A DNA stretch of 42,113 nt from Tubiluchus corallicola. Lineage: Eukaryota > Animalia > Priapulida. Under the pieces are notes generated by a model. That model was not told where the DNA came from. It worked only from the letters and a program-made list of their open reading frames with translations, and did not search any database. Both the position numbers and the translations under genes were made by a program. Shown here in pieces: positions 1-10,846 of this stretch; positions within the stretch are counted from its first letter, which is position 1, and each line of letters begins with the position of its first letter. The stretch spans positions 84,223 to 126,335 of the forward strand of contig JAQGDQ010000620.1 of the NCBI GenBank assembly GCA_030141605.1, given 5' to 3'.

Positions 1-345
1 TCTCTCAATCATACCTAATCATACACCAAAACCTAAAATCATATTCACATATTGTCTGCACTAGTCTCTCAATCATACCTAATCATACACCAAAACCTAA
101 AATCATATTCACATATTGTCTGCACTAGTCTCTCAATCATAGCTAATCATACACCAAAACCTAAAATCATATTCACATATTGTCTGCACTAGTCTCTCAA
201 TCATACCTAATCGTACACCAAAACCTAAAATCATATTCACATATTGTCTGCATTAATCTCTCAATCATACCTAATCGTACACCTTTACCTAAAATCATAT
301 TCGCATATTGTCTGCACCAATCTCTCAATCATAGGTAATCATATA
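1..345. repeat. 64-bp tandem repeat, about 5.4 copies visible, runs off the left edge
   Basis: Unit TCTCTCAATCATACCTAATCATACACCAAAACCTAAAATCATATTCACATATTGTCTGCACTAG recurs at 1, 65, 129 and onward. Confidence 0.95.
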
Positions 346-374
346 CGTAATTTAAGTTTCACAACAATACTTAC

Positions 375-498
375 CTAGTAAGAGAAACGGTAAAACTGCA
401 TGTACTGGCCCGTACATTAGCCCACATAACGATGACAAACCAAACCCACTGATAATAGATAAACCAATGCAACACAAACCAATCAGCGCCAGGTATAT
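375..498 (-). CDS. Patched-domain (PTCHD3/NPC1-like) protein, coding exon 7 (sterol-sensing domain)
   Basis: ttttacag|ATA...CTA G|gtaagt; encodes IYLALIGLCCIGLSIISGFGLSSLCGLMYGPVHAVLPFLLLG, the SSD segment that precedes the GxGxDD motif. Confidence 0.93.
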
Positions 499-639
499 CT
501 GTAAAAGCAACACATTTACAAAACTACGTTACGCAAACCTCGGTAAGTTTTGTTTATAAAACACAATTAGAATATATATATGTGCAAAACAAGGCAGCAT
601 TGATAAATCTTTAGAGCTGATGTCAACGTAGCGCAATCT

Positions 640-950
640 ATTATCTTTCTTCCTGCCATTTCCACTAACACATCCTTCTACCCTTCCTGTGTGATCTAAC
701 CTTTCTCCCAGTTCCTTTTTTTTTGTTCACTCATCCATTTTTTATCGGGTTCACATGACAGTGGGCTTATACAAGCCTTTGCTTCTCTAGCCCACTGCAG
801 TACAATTATTCTTTTATGATAACGATAGTGTATGAAACATAACAATTTAATACAGTATGATGTAATAATTTTGATGTCACTATGTGCTTAATGTCATTAT
901 ATTGTACTGAATGTGATAATAATAATAAATAAAAAAAATAAATAAAAATG
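640..950 (+). mobile_element. Probable 3' end of an L2/CR1-group LINE
   Basis: Stem-loop CAGTGGGCT...AAGC-cttt-GCTT...AGCCCACTG (759-796), then an AT-rich tract and an AATAAATAAAA tail; no ORF remains. Confidence 0.4.
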
Positions 951-1051
951 AAAATTATGCTCTGTGGATATGGTTAAAACAAATTTTTACCAGTTTTCCT
1001 AAATAGTTTACAAATTTTCATAAAATAAATGATTATTAGATTTTTACATAC

Positions 1052-1172
1052 CCGATGTTCGACCAAATTAAATCGGCCCAGAACCAAACAAACGAAACAA
1101 AGCACCAGGACGTAACCAGTTACTAACACTTTGACATCGGCGATGATGGCCGATACTCCAAGCTGTGAGGTG
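1052..1172 (-). CDS. Patched-domain protein, coding exon 6
   Basis: ttcttcag|C ACC...CGG|gtatgt; (S)TSQLGVSAIIADVKVLVTGYVLVLCFVCLVLGRFNLVEHR, first SSD helix; phases fit both neighbours. Confidence 0.92.
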
Positions 1173-1465
1173 CTGAAGAAATTAGGGTAAAATTAAACAA
1201 TTGGAATGAAATTATTTACATTGAAATAGAATTTATTGCCAACCCCTTTCGAACAAACTGTTCATTATCAAGGCATCAAAAAAAACAATGAAATTTACCA
1301 GAGGTTAGAAACACCATCGAAATACAATTCAGTAGTTAGGTAACTAAAAGATATATGGTATAACATGATATAGATAATTTTATTTTTATTTGATATAATG
1401 AAATCTTTGAGCTAAAAACAACACAACTTTATTAAAAACTTTTACATTAAAAAATTAAAATCACG

Positions 1466-1504
1466 CCAAACGTTTTGACAGACTGCTGCTGTCATCATCA
1501 GTGG
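1466..1504 (-). ncRNA. Minimal type I hammerhead ribozyme motif (GAAA changed to AAAA)
   Basis: CCA CTGATGA T GACAG cagcagt CTGTC AAAA CG TT TGG. Confidence 0.65.
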
Positions 1505-1931
1505 TAAATTTACAAACATACAATCAGTTTATATAAGAGGAGCCTATTATGCACTAATTAAGTCAAATAGGTAATGATTAAACAGACGAATAAAGAAATT
1601 GATACAGTAAAAAAAAGCTAAGTGTTTGAAAACAAAGTGAAATGAATTGAACTGCTTTGTACATTAAGAGAAGGCTTATTAGGGTACATAGATAAAATTT
1701 CTTTTATTTTAACGGAAGTGGTGCTGACAAGCGACTGGCATAGCAGTGTCTAGTTTGTTTGCTGGATTACTGCTGCATTTACCTGTCTGAAGGCAGATTT
1801 CTTTTATTTTAGAGTTCTGCCTGCCAAATGTCTACAATAGACGTGACGGGCGTATGATGATGATGATGACATTAGTAAAAATCCCAGTTATTTGTAGCTC
1901 TGGCCACAATACTGAAATTATTAAAATCATG

Positions 1932-1970
1932 TCAAACATTTCGACAGACTACTGCTGTCATCATCAGTGG
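1932..1970 (-). ncRNA. Minimal type I hammerhead ribozyme motif
   Basis: CCA CTGATGA T GACAG cagtagt CTGTC GAAA TG TT TGA. Confidence 0.7.
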
Positions 1971-2199
1971 TAAATTTTCAAACATACAACCAGTTTATAT
2001 AAGCAGAGCCTATTATGCACTAATTAAGTAGTTAACAGAAGCCAAACAGGTAATGCATAAGCAGACCAGTAGAGAAATTGATGCTGTAACAGCTTTTGTG
2101 TGCCTGTAATAAAATTTTCTTGTAGAATTGCGTTATTAATAGGATGAGATGTTTATGTTCATGTTTACTTTTTGGTGCTAAAATTCTGTTTATGAAAAT

Positions 2200-2500
2200 A
2201 CTTTTTATCCTTCCTCTAATTCTAGATCTATCTATTCATTTTAACCATTCTTCAAAACCTATTAGCGATTCTTTTATTAATCATGTTTTATTGTACTACT
2301 ATAAATAGATAAATAAATTGAAATTGAATGGAATTGTCATTTCGCTATCCTTCCTCTAGTTCTATATCTATCTATACATTTTAACCATTCTTCAAAACTT
2401 ATTACAGATTATTTTATTAATCATGTTTCATTGTAAAATTATAAAGAGATAAATAAATTGAATTGAATTTTATTTGCATTTCTTTACCTCTTTCCTGCAA
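2200..2500. repeat. 140-bp tandem duplication abutting or overlapping the exon 5 donor
   Basis: TATCCTTCCTCTA...AAATAAATTGAA at 2206 and 2346; the third period falls at the donor (2487). Confidence 0.85.
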
Positions 2501-2585
2501 GGTAGTATAGCTCGTCGATCTGTGGATGCCCCGCCTCACCTATCTCTAGGAACTCATCCTCCCAAGCCTCTGCATCCTCATCTGT
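2488..2585 (-). CDS. Patched-domain protein, coding exon 5
   Basis: atttacag|ACA...AAG AG|gtaaag; TDEDAEAWEDEFLEIGEAGHPQIDELYYLAGK(S), contains the Patched-family WE..F motif. Confidence 0.9.
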
Positions 2586-2722
2586 CTGTAAATGATCATT
2601 GAATAAATTTCAATTCACCAACAGATCTGATTCAAAGAAGAGCAAAATTGAAATCAAATCACTTATTGTTTATCTCAACATAGTTAAAATTTACTAACAT
2701 ATGTTATTATAGCCAATCGTAT

Positions 2723-4263
2723 AAGGAAGGGGTGGAGAAGAACATCGGCCGCCCGAAGGAAGGGGTGGAGAAGAACATCGGCCGCCCGAAGGAAGGGGTG
2801 GAGAAGAACATCGGCCGCCCGAAGGAAGGGGTGGAGAAGAACATCGGCCGCCCCAGGGAAGGGGTGGAGAAGAACATCGGCCGTCCCAAGGAAGGGGTGG
2901 AGAAGAACATCGGCCGCCCCAGGGAAGGGGTGGAGAAGAACATCGGCCGCCCCAGGGAAGGGGTGGAGAAGAACATCGGCCGCCCCGAGGAAGGGGTGGA
3001 GAAGAACATCGGCCGCCCCGAGGAAGGGGTGGAGAAGAACATCGGCCGCCCCGAGGAAGGGGTGGAGAAGAACATCGGCCGCCCCGAGGAAGGGGTGGAG
3101 AAGAACATCGGCCGCCCCAGGGAAGGGTGGAAAGAACATCGGCCGCCCCGGGAAGGGGTGGAGAAGAACATCGGCCGCCCCAGGGAAGGGGTGGAGAAGA
3201 ACATCGGCCGCCCCAGGGAAGGGGGAGAAGAACATCGGCCGCCCCGGGAAGGGGGAAGGGGTGGAGAACATCGGCCGCCCAGGGAAGGGGTGGAGAAATC
3301 GGCCGCCCCAAGGAAGGTGAGAAGAACATCGGCCGCCCCAGGGAAGGGGTGGAGAAGAACATCGGCCACCCAAGGAAGGGGTGGAGAAGAACATCTGAAG
3401 GCCCCAAGGAAGGGGGGGGAGAAGAACATCGGCCGCCCCAGGGAAGGGGGGGAGAAGAACATCGGCCACCCAAGGAAGGGGTGGAGAAGAACATCGGCCG
3501 CCCCAAGGAAGGGGTGGAGAAGAACATCGGCCGCCCCAGGGAAGGGGGGGAGAAGAACATCGGCCGCCCCAGGGAAGGGGTGGAGAAGAACATCGGCCGC
3601 CCCAAGGAAGGGGTGGAGAAGAACATCGGCCGCCCCAAGGAAGGGGTGGAGAAGAACATCGGCCGCCCCAGGGAAGGGGTGGAGAAGAACATCGGCCGCC
3701 CCAGGGAAGGGGTGGAGAAGAACATCGGCTGCCCCAGGGAAGGGGTGGAGAAGAACATCGGCCGCCCCAGGGAAGGGGTGGAGAAGAACATCGGCCACCC
3801 AAGGAAGGGGTGGAGAAGAACATCTGAAGGCCCCAAGGAAGGGGGGGGAGAAGAACATCGGCCGCCCCAGGGAAGGGGGGGAGAAGAACATCGGCCACCC
3901 AAGGAAGGGGTGGAGAAGAACATCGGCCGCCCCAAGGAAGGGGTGGAGAAGAACATCGGCCACCCCAGGGAAGGGGGGGAGAAGAACATCGGCCGCCCCA
4001 GGGAAGGGGTGGAGAAGAACATCGGCCGCCCCAAGGAAGGGGTGGAGAAGAACATCGGCCGCCCCAAGGAAGGGGTGGAGAAGAACATCGGCCGCCCCAG
4101 GGAAGGGGTGGAGAAGAACATCGGCCGCCCCAGGGAAGGGGTGGAGAAGAACATCGGCCGCCCCAAGGAAGGGGTGGAGAAGAACATCGGCTGCCCCAAG
4201 GAAGGGGTGGAGAAGAACATCGGCCGCCCCAAGGAAGGGGGGGGAGAAGAACATCGGCTGCCC
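2723..4263. repeat. 33-bp GC-rich minisatellite, about 46 copies, intronic
   Basis: Unit AAGGAAGGGGTGGAGAAGAACATCGGCCGCCCC; a distinctive variant block recurs at about 3390 and 3820. Confidence 0.97.
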
Positions 4264-4368
4264 TAATTTTGTTCTCTTTATAAATTTTTCGCATGCAATG
4301 CCGATGATCACTAATCAGAAATGATAAAATTAAATTATGTAAGTATACTAGTATATTAGTATATTTAC

Positions 4369-4375
4369 GTGTGTG

Positions 4376-4407
<32 letters not shown>

Positions 4408-4542
4408 TGAGTGTGTGCGTGTGTGTGTGTGCATGCGTGCGAGTGTGTGTGTGTGTGCTTCTGCATGCGTGCGAGTGTGTGTGTGTTATAATCATGATCG
4501 TGTTACGACATTACCGATCCGAGGCCGAGTAATTGTGTGTGC

Positions 4543-4583
<41 letters not shown>

Positions 4584-4600
4584 CGTGCGTGCATGTGTGT
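4369..4600. repeat. (GT)n/(GCGT)n microsatellite interrupted by a copy of the exon 4 donor region
   Basis: Dinucleotide runs; 4486-4529 duplicates 4600-4643. Confidence 0.93.
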
Positions 4601-4628
4601 TATAATCGTGATCATGTTACAACATTAC

Positions 4629-4782
4629 CGATCCAAGGCCGAGCGCATTCGTATCCTTTACACTTTGATCCAGGAGCATCCAAGCCATAAATGTTGCTTT
4701 TGCGCCAACAATCAAGCCTGCAGAGTCCGTTTCTATCTGAGACAAATATGTCTTAACGTCATACGGAACAAAGTACACTGGG
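4629..4782 (-). CDS. Patched-domain protein, coding exon 4
   Basis: ttttgcag|C CCA...TCG|gtaatg; (S)[51 protein letters not shown], with the G.I..AKA loop motif. Confidence 0.9.
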
Positions 4783-5089
4783 CTGCAAAATAAAATTCAC
4801 TTGTATTATAGATATATAGGTCAATAAACATGGACGGCTGGACAGACAGATGGACGGACAAACGTTGGATAGTTAGATAGATACATAGACAGGAAAACAC
4901 ACAGACAGAGTGACTGACTAAGAGACGCACAGACAGACAGAAAGATACATAAATCCAAGAAATTACAAGTCAAAATACAGCAGAAGACTAAGTGACAGAT
5001 TCACAGAGAAACTGTAACCACAGATACAGAAAGATGGACGTGAACAGATGCAGGAAAAGAGGCAGACAGACGGAGTACAGCATTGTTGT

Positions 5090-5470
5090 GATGCAGTACA
5101 ATAAGCTTTTTCACAGTTTCGTTGTGCGCACACGCAGTTGATGCAGCTGAAAGGTTAAGCATTACAATTATTACACAACATGTGGGTAAAGCAAAGCTGG
5201 CTGCCACATCAGTTTAGTAACTTCAGTTGTTTTACGTGGACTTTACTTAATTATGCATTAGTCTGTGCTTAGAGTGATTTACTAGCAGGATCTTGCTTGG
5301 GAACAAGAAAAAATGAACTAGGTAAGGTTCTAGCTAGCTGTTAAAACTGTTACTATTACAATAGCATGGACTAAGAGGTGCCGTCAAGTGTACACGAATA
5401 CACGTAACCTTTGACCTCTTCACCATCATCATCAATCCCTGGAACTTATTTGCAAAAAAACATTGTTGTA
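5090..5470. repeat. Dispersed direct repeat, copy 1 (unclassified)
   Basis: Aligns by eye with 8320-8770 (for example AGTAACTTCAGTTGTTTTACGTGGA..TTACTTAATTATGCATTAGT). Confidence 0.8.
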
Positions 5471-6559
5471 CTGTAGTAACGATGGGAGTGTAGCTGGGGG
5501 GGGGGGGTGAGTTTGCACTCTAAATAAGGGAGAATCACTGTAGAGCAAGTTTGGATTGTCAGATCTGGCGATCTGGCATAGTGAAGAGTTCAAGATCATG
5601 TACAGAATGAAACAGAACGGAATGGAGGAAAGGGGAACATAGCTGAGTGGTCACGTGTGTGTGCTTAGCCACCAAAGTTAAGCAATGCTGTCGTTGATCA
5701 GTGAATGGATGCAGGACTGCTGTGTTCAATACTCGCTCTGGGCAGTTTCATTCGAATAAGTTCCCATCCAAATGTAGCCGTTTTAACTTAACCTCTTCTA
5801 TTGGTTCAGTGTCTCACTTTAGAGAAAAATAACCTTCAGTCTCCATGCAAAACATCAATGTTAAGTAGACCTCCCTTTTGAATACTGACCTCTGGAATTG
5901 CAGAATGACATAGCATGGTTTGGAATGTAATGGAACGAAACAGAACAATGATAGTCCTGGAACAAATCACGTGAAACCAATAATATTCTAAGGACAGTTA
6001 AAGTTCAAAAAAGCAACAATTTTATGTTACAAATGATATGAAAGAACAAGCTACTTTTACTGTCACTATTTTATACTGACTGTTTCGCATTGTCTGTAAA
6101 CATTCAACTTTTGACATACAACTCTTCTGACCCGAATTGTATATCAAATCGGTTGCCGTGTCAAAATTCCATGATATCATAATTTCATAAAGCACTTCAG
6201 GTATTTAGATCTCTGTTAAACTGCTATCTGACGAAATTCAGTTTTGCAGGTATATGAATTACGTAACACAGGTTGATAAATCTGCCTTTTGTTGGATAAA
6301 TTACAACAATTTCCTGACTTAAACCGTTTGTACAACTTCCTATACAAGTGTATTGACTTCTCATTAATGAGGTTAAATTCTACCAATTTCCTATCTCATA
6401 GGGGTGTATAATTAGAAAATTACAAAGTTAATGAGGTATTACACTGCCGGTATCTGTGTAATCAGTGGCGTGTGTAATTGATTCATTAAGTTTTGTGTCA
6501 CGTGATTGACTTGTCTTGTGAACTAGAATTATTACGTTCTGTTTTGTTTAATGGTTTAA

Positions 6560-7156
6560 AGGACGACAGGATGATTTTTCATTTCAAGACGCCATTTTCA
6601 AGTCCGATAAAAATTGAACATTTTAATACAATTAATACTGCAAATCATTTCTCATAATTAAATAATGGATTAAAAACTCAAAATTAACGGCGGGCGAGTC
6701 CAATTATTGATGACGTCGCAAACTGACGTAATTTTCAAGAACAAACATATTCCACGAGCGTGTTGCACACCGTGCTACTGTAAGATATTCAGTGTGTTAT
6801 ACTAAAACTAGGCAACCTTTAAGATAAAAATTCAAATTTTAAATTCACCGCTGTGCTCGCGCATGAGTTGTCGAATGTGTGTAGTTCGTCACAAACTAAC
6901 ACATCTGAACGGAGAGGTACAGCACCTGTTTTTGTGCAATGCGCTTCCGAAATGCCGGCGCTAGGTGCCCGTCTACCTAGTGAATGCCGAAACGCAATGT
7001 AACAGCAAAGAACTAGTGGCACGAACGTGAAATTGTGTTTGTTTGGTAATAATTCTTTCACGTAAGTCATTTTTGAAAAAATAATACGTTTCCTTTCAAT
7101 ATTTTAAAGAACAGATTGTTTTGACCTAGAGTTGTGAGACTAGGTCTGGTTTTTCT
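6560..7156. mobile_element. Kolobok-like non-autonomous DNA transposon, family A
   Basis: TTAA on both sides, ends AGGACGACAGGA...TCTGGTTTTTCT; homologous copies at 9877 and 16186. Confidence 0.65.
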
Positions 7157-7421
7157 TTAATAAATAAATAAACTCTTTCGTATCAACAATACAGTACATC
7201 ATAAAAAGGCTACAATAAAATTACAACCTAATCAAGTTCACATCTAGAATAAATTACAATACGTACATAGGCGTAGAGGAGGAAGTTTCAAAAGAGAGGT
7301 AAGAGGATTTTGCCCTGAAAATTTTCTAAGTTGCCCTAGTTTGAGTGATTTCCAAATAAGTGAAAACAGCGGGCCACATAACTATGTAGGGTAATAAACT
7401 TATGGATGTATCTAAAAACAG

Positions 7422-7596
7422 AGTATTTACATTTATAAGTCTATATGTTTATGCTTATTGTAAAAGTATTTACAATTATAAGTCTATATGTTTATGCTTA
7501 TTGTAAAAGTATTTACAATTATAAGTCTATATGTTTATGCTTATTGTAAAAGTATTTACAATTATAAGTCTATATGTTTATGCTTACTGTATTTAC
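7422..7596. repeat. 43-bp tandem repeat, 4 copies
   Basis: AGTATTTACAATTATAAGTCTATATGTTTATGCTTATTGTAAA. Confidence 0.92.
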
Positions 7597-7974
7597 ACGC
7601 ATGTTTATTGAATATAATATACATAGAGTGAAAGGAAACAACAGCTTTGCTATACATAAAAAACAATCTTAAATATATATATACGTATTTTTTAAGATTT
7701 AATCAATACGATATTTTCTTTGATGCGTTTTTAAAGTTTTCTTTCAATATTGTAAGAAATCGAAATTAAAATTAACAAATTAACGAGACGAGAGAAAGAA
7801 TGTGTTAAGAGACATCACCGTGTTTATTTTCTTACTTAATGTGGTAAATTTTATAATGCTGTCAATAGATTAATCAGGTAAGTTGGCATCGCCCCCTAGT
7901 AACAAAATTTACCCTGCAGACTTCATTTCGCCCCCTCCCCTCACATTCGTTATCTAATTGCTAAATTAGGGTTG

Positions 7975-8086
7975 TAATAGCTCTGTGACCTCTGACCTCT
8001 GTTCCCTAACCAAGGTTATAGGTCTGTGACCTCTGATCTTTGTTTCCCAACCAAAGTTATAGCTCTGTGACCTTTGACCTCTGTTC
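7975..8086. repeat. 41-bp tandem repeat, about 3 copies, each with a DR1-like TGACCTnTGACCT
   Basis: ATAGCTCTGTGACCTYTGACCTCTGTTC recurs with period 41. Confidence 0.8.
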
Positions 8087-8319
8087 GGGAAGTGTGCCAG
8101 TATGTCAAGTCTGTCCAGTTATGAATTGAAATAAACTATAATATGATTTATTACGTAAAATTTAATTGTTGTCGCAAGTTTGAATATAAAATGTAAGTAA
8201 GATTTATGGCACCTCATTTGAGATGACATAAATTACGTCATAATGTAATAATAACCCATTAAGTCACTGTGAATGAGGTAGGGCATAATTAATAGTGGCC
8301 CTGGATATTCTGCTGCTCA

Positions 8320-8770
8320 GCAATAATGCAATAAGCCGTTTCACAGTCTTGTTGTGCGCACGCGCAGCTGATGTAGGTCCAACGTTAAGTGTACCACAGC
8401 AACGCATCTTAACTACAACTGCCATGACTTGTAAGAGACATGTTATAACTTCACATGACGTGGGTAAAGCAAAACCGTCTGCCATGTCGGTTCAGTAACT
8501 TCAGTTGTTTTACGTGGAGTTTACTTAATTATGCATTAGTTTGTTCGTAGAGTGATTTACTGGCAGGATTTTGTTTGGAAACAAGAAAAAATAAACTGGG
8601 TAAGATTCCGTCTAGCTGTTAAAACTGTTACTATTAGAATAGCTTGGGCTGCGAGGTGTCGTTAAGTGTACACAAATGTGCTGTCTGGTAGATTTAACCT
8701 TTGACCTTTTCACCATCATCATCAACCTTGCACTCAACTGTTGTACAACTATGGGACAAGCATTGTTAAA
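8320..8770. repeat. Dispersed direct repeat, copy 2 (unclassified)
   Basis: Homologous to 5090-5470 in the same intron. Confidence 0.8.
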
Positions 8771-8844
8771 AACAATGATCATTGTGCACACCGACAGATC
8801 TACAGACCATAGAGCTACTGTGTTTATCACATTGTTACACTTAC

Positions 8845-9032
8845 CTGTGCGTAATTGTATTAACTCTATCAATGATCTGTTGCTGAGTTAGACTGCGTAT
8901 AACTGCTTCATTATAAGCAAACATCTCCAACAAGCCGCTGGACCAGCATTTTCTTCCTAAGCGGGCGCACAATGTCTCCCAATCGTTCCCTGACGAGTTG
9001 ATTGCTTTAACTTGTAAGTCTAAGTCCAACAT
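8845..9032 (-). CDS. Patched-domain protein, coding exon 3
   Basis: tacttcag|ATG...CAC AG|gtaagt; MLDLDLQVKAINSSGNDWETLCARLGRKCWSSGLLEMFAYNEAVIRSLTQQQIIDRVNTITH, with the conserved LC.R...C loop. Confidence 0.92.
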
Positions 9033-9080
9033 CTGAAGTATTACAACATGTCAATTTAAGGTAACGTATAATGTAGATAC

Positions 9081-9730
9081 TTGACTCATAACATTTATTT
9101 ACAATCATTGTTCGACTCATAACATTCATTTACAATCATTGTTCGAGTCATAACATTCATTTACAATCATTGTTCGACTCATAACATTCATTTACAATCA
9201 TTGTTAGACTCATAACATTCATTTACAATCATTGTTCTACACATAACTTTCACTTACAATCATTGTTCTACACATAACATTCATTTACAATCATTGTTCT
9301 ACACATAACATTCATTTACACTCATTGTTCTACACATAACATTCATTTGCGATCATTGTTCTACACATAACATTCACTTACAATCATTGGTAACATTCAC
9401 TTACAATCATTGTTCTACACATAACATTCACTTACAATCATTGTTCTACACATAACATTCATTTACAATATTTGTTTGACTAGTAACAATTATTTACAAC
9501 CATTGTTTTACTCATAACATTAATTTGGGACATTGTTCTACACATAACATTCACTTACAATCATTGTTCTACACATAACATTCACTTACAATCATTGTTC
9601 TACACAACATTTATTTGCAATTATTGTTCTACTCATAACCTTCACATGCAATCATTCTCACTTTGATAACCTTCACTTACAATCATTGTTCTCTTCACAA
9701 TATGTTGCACAATCATTGCAACAATCGGCA
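9081..9730. repeat. 31-bp minisatellite, about 20 copies, decaying to the right
   Basis: ACWCATAACATTCAYTTACAATCATTGTTCK. Confidence 0.93.
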
Positions 9731-9876
9731 CAACACATTCTGGACTCAGTGTAGTCTTTATTTAGTCATTACCACACCTACATTCACTGTCAATCTTAGT
9801 TACCCTTGTCTATTACGTTTACTATCAATCTTTGCTACACATAACATGTCTCTTACAATCCTGCTCTTTTCATTAA

Positions 9877-10474
9877 GGGAAGATACGATGATTTTTCATA
9901 TTCTTCCCTATTGTTAAGTACAGTGAACAACATACATTTCAATACCGAGTGTGTTTAATAATTAAATTGTAGATAATTAAATAATTAATAATTAATTAAA
10001 ATCCTAATTAACAGCGGGCGAGGTTAACTATTGATGACATCACAAACTAACATAATTTTCAACAGCAAAAATATTCCACGAGCGTGTTGCACGTGTTTGC
10101 AAAAGCGAAAATTGAAGTACAGTGCAACTGTCCAACATTCAGTGTGTTGTACAAGAACTTAGCAAAACTTAAAACTGAAATTTTAAATTCACCGCTGTGC
10201 TCACGCATTAACTGTCGAGCGTGTGCAGTACATCACAAACTAACACATCTGAACTGAGAGTTACAGCACCTGTTTTTAGTGCGTTTCCGAAATGCAGGCG
10301 TTGTGCCCGTGGCAAAATGCATGTAACAGCAAAGAACTACCGGTGCCAAGATGAAATTGAGTTTGTGTGGTAATAATTCTTTCACGTATGTCATTTTTGA
10401 AAATTATAGTATGTTTTCTTTCAATGTTTTAAAGAACAGATTGTTTTGAGCTACAGTTTAAGATTAGGTCCGGT
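9877..10474. mobile_element. Kolobok-like element family A, copy 2
   Basis: Colinear with 6560-7156 and starts after TTAA. Confidence 0.65.
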
Positions 10475-10846
10475 TCAAGGTCAACTGTCCTGTCATGGGG
10501 TTTTTCCTGGCTCTCTCTGTTTCAATTCATTTGACTAAACCTGGATTTTTCCCATTAATTATTGCATAAATGGTTTTGTCTTTATCGGAACTTGACATTA
10601 CTTTAAACTAACTTGATTTTTTAGCAGAAATTTCAAGCATTAACAGTAAAATTAAGTGTGGGAACCGCGAGAAAATTTCATTTTTGTCAGTTCCTATCAG
10701 CAAGCAATACTTGGGATTTTTCTTTTGTTTTGAGAGTTTAGAAATTTGGGACTTTTCAGTTTTTGCGTAGTTTTGTCCGGCAGGAAAAGAGCGTGGTCAA
10801 GTTTCTCCACACCTACAGTTAGAGAACGTGTCCAGTTTTGCTCTAG

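Larger units (their letters stand above)
1410..2090 (-). mobile_element. Degenerate Penelope-like element: two direct pseudo-LTR copies around the 3' end of a GIY-YIG ORF
   Basis: Direct repeats at about 1455-1610 and 1921-2090, each with a hammerhead core; between them the minus strand reads KIKEILSMYPNKPSLNVQSSSIHFTLFSNT* (1710-1618), resembling the PLE endonuclease C-terminus. Confidence 0.7.

Noticed and set aside
2684-4495. Five overlapping 379-603 aa ORFs on both strands
   Set aside because: The 33-bp unit has no stop in any frame; the ORFs shift frame at unit indels and lie inside a Patched intron
10468-10580. Possible tRNA-derived SINE remnant (GGTTCAAG followed by GGGGTTTTTCCTGG)
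   Set aside because: Too degenerate; no A box, tail or clear second copy
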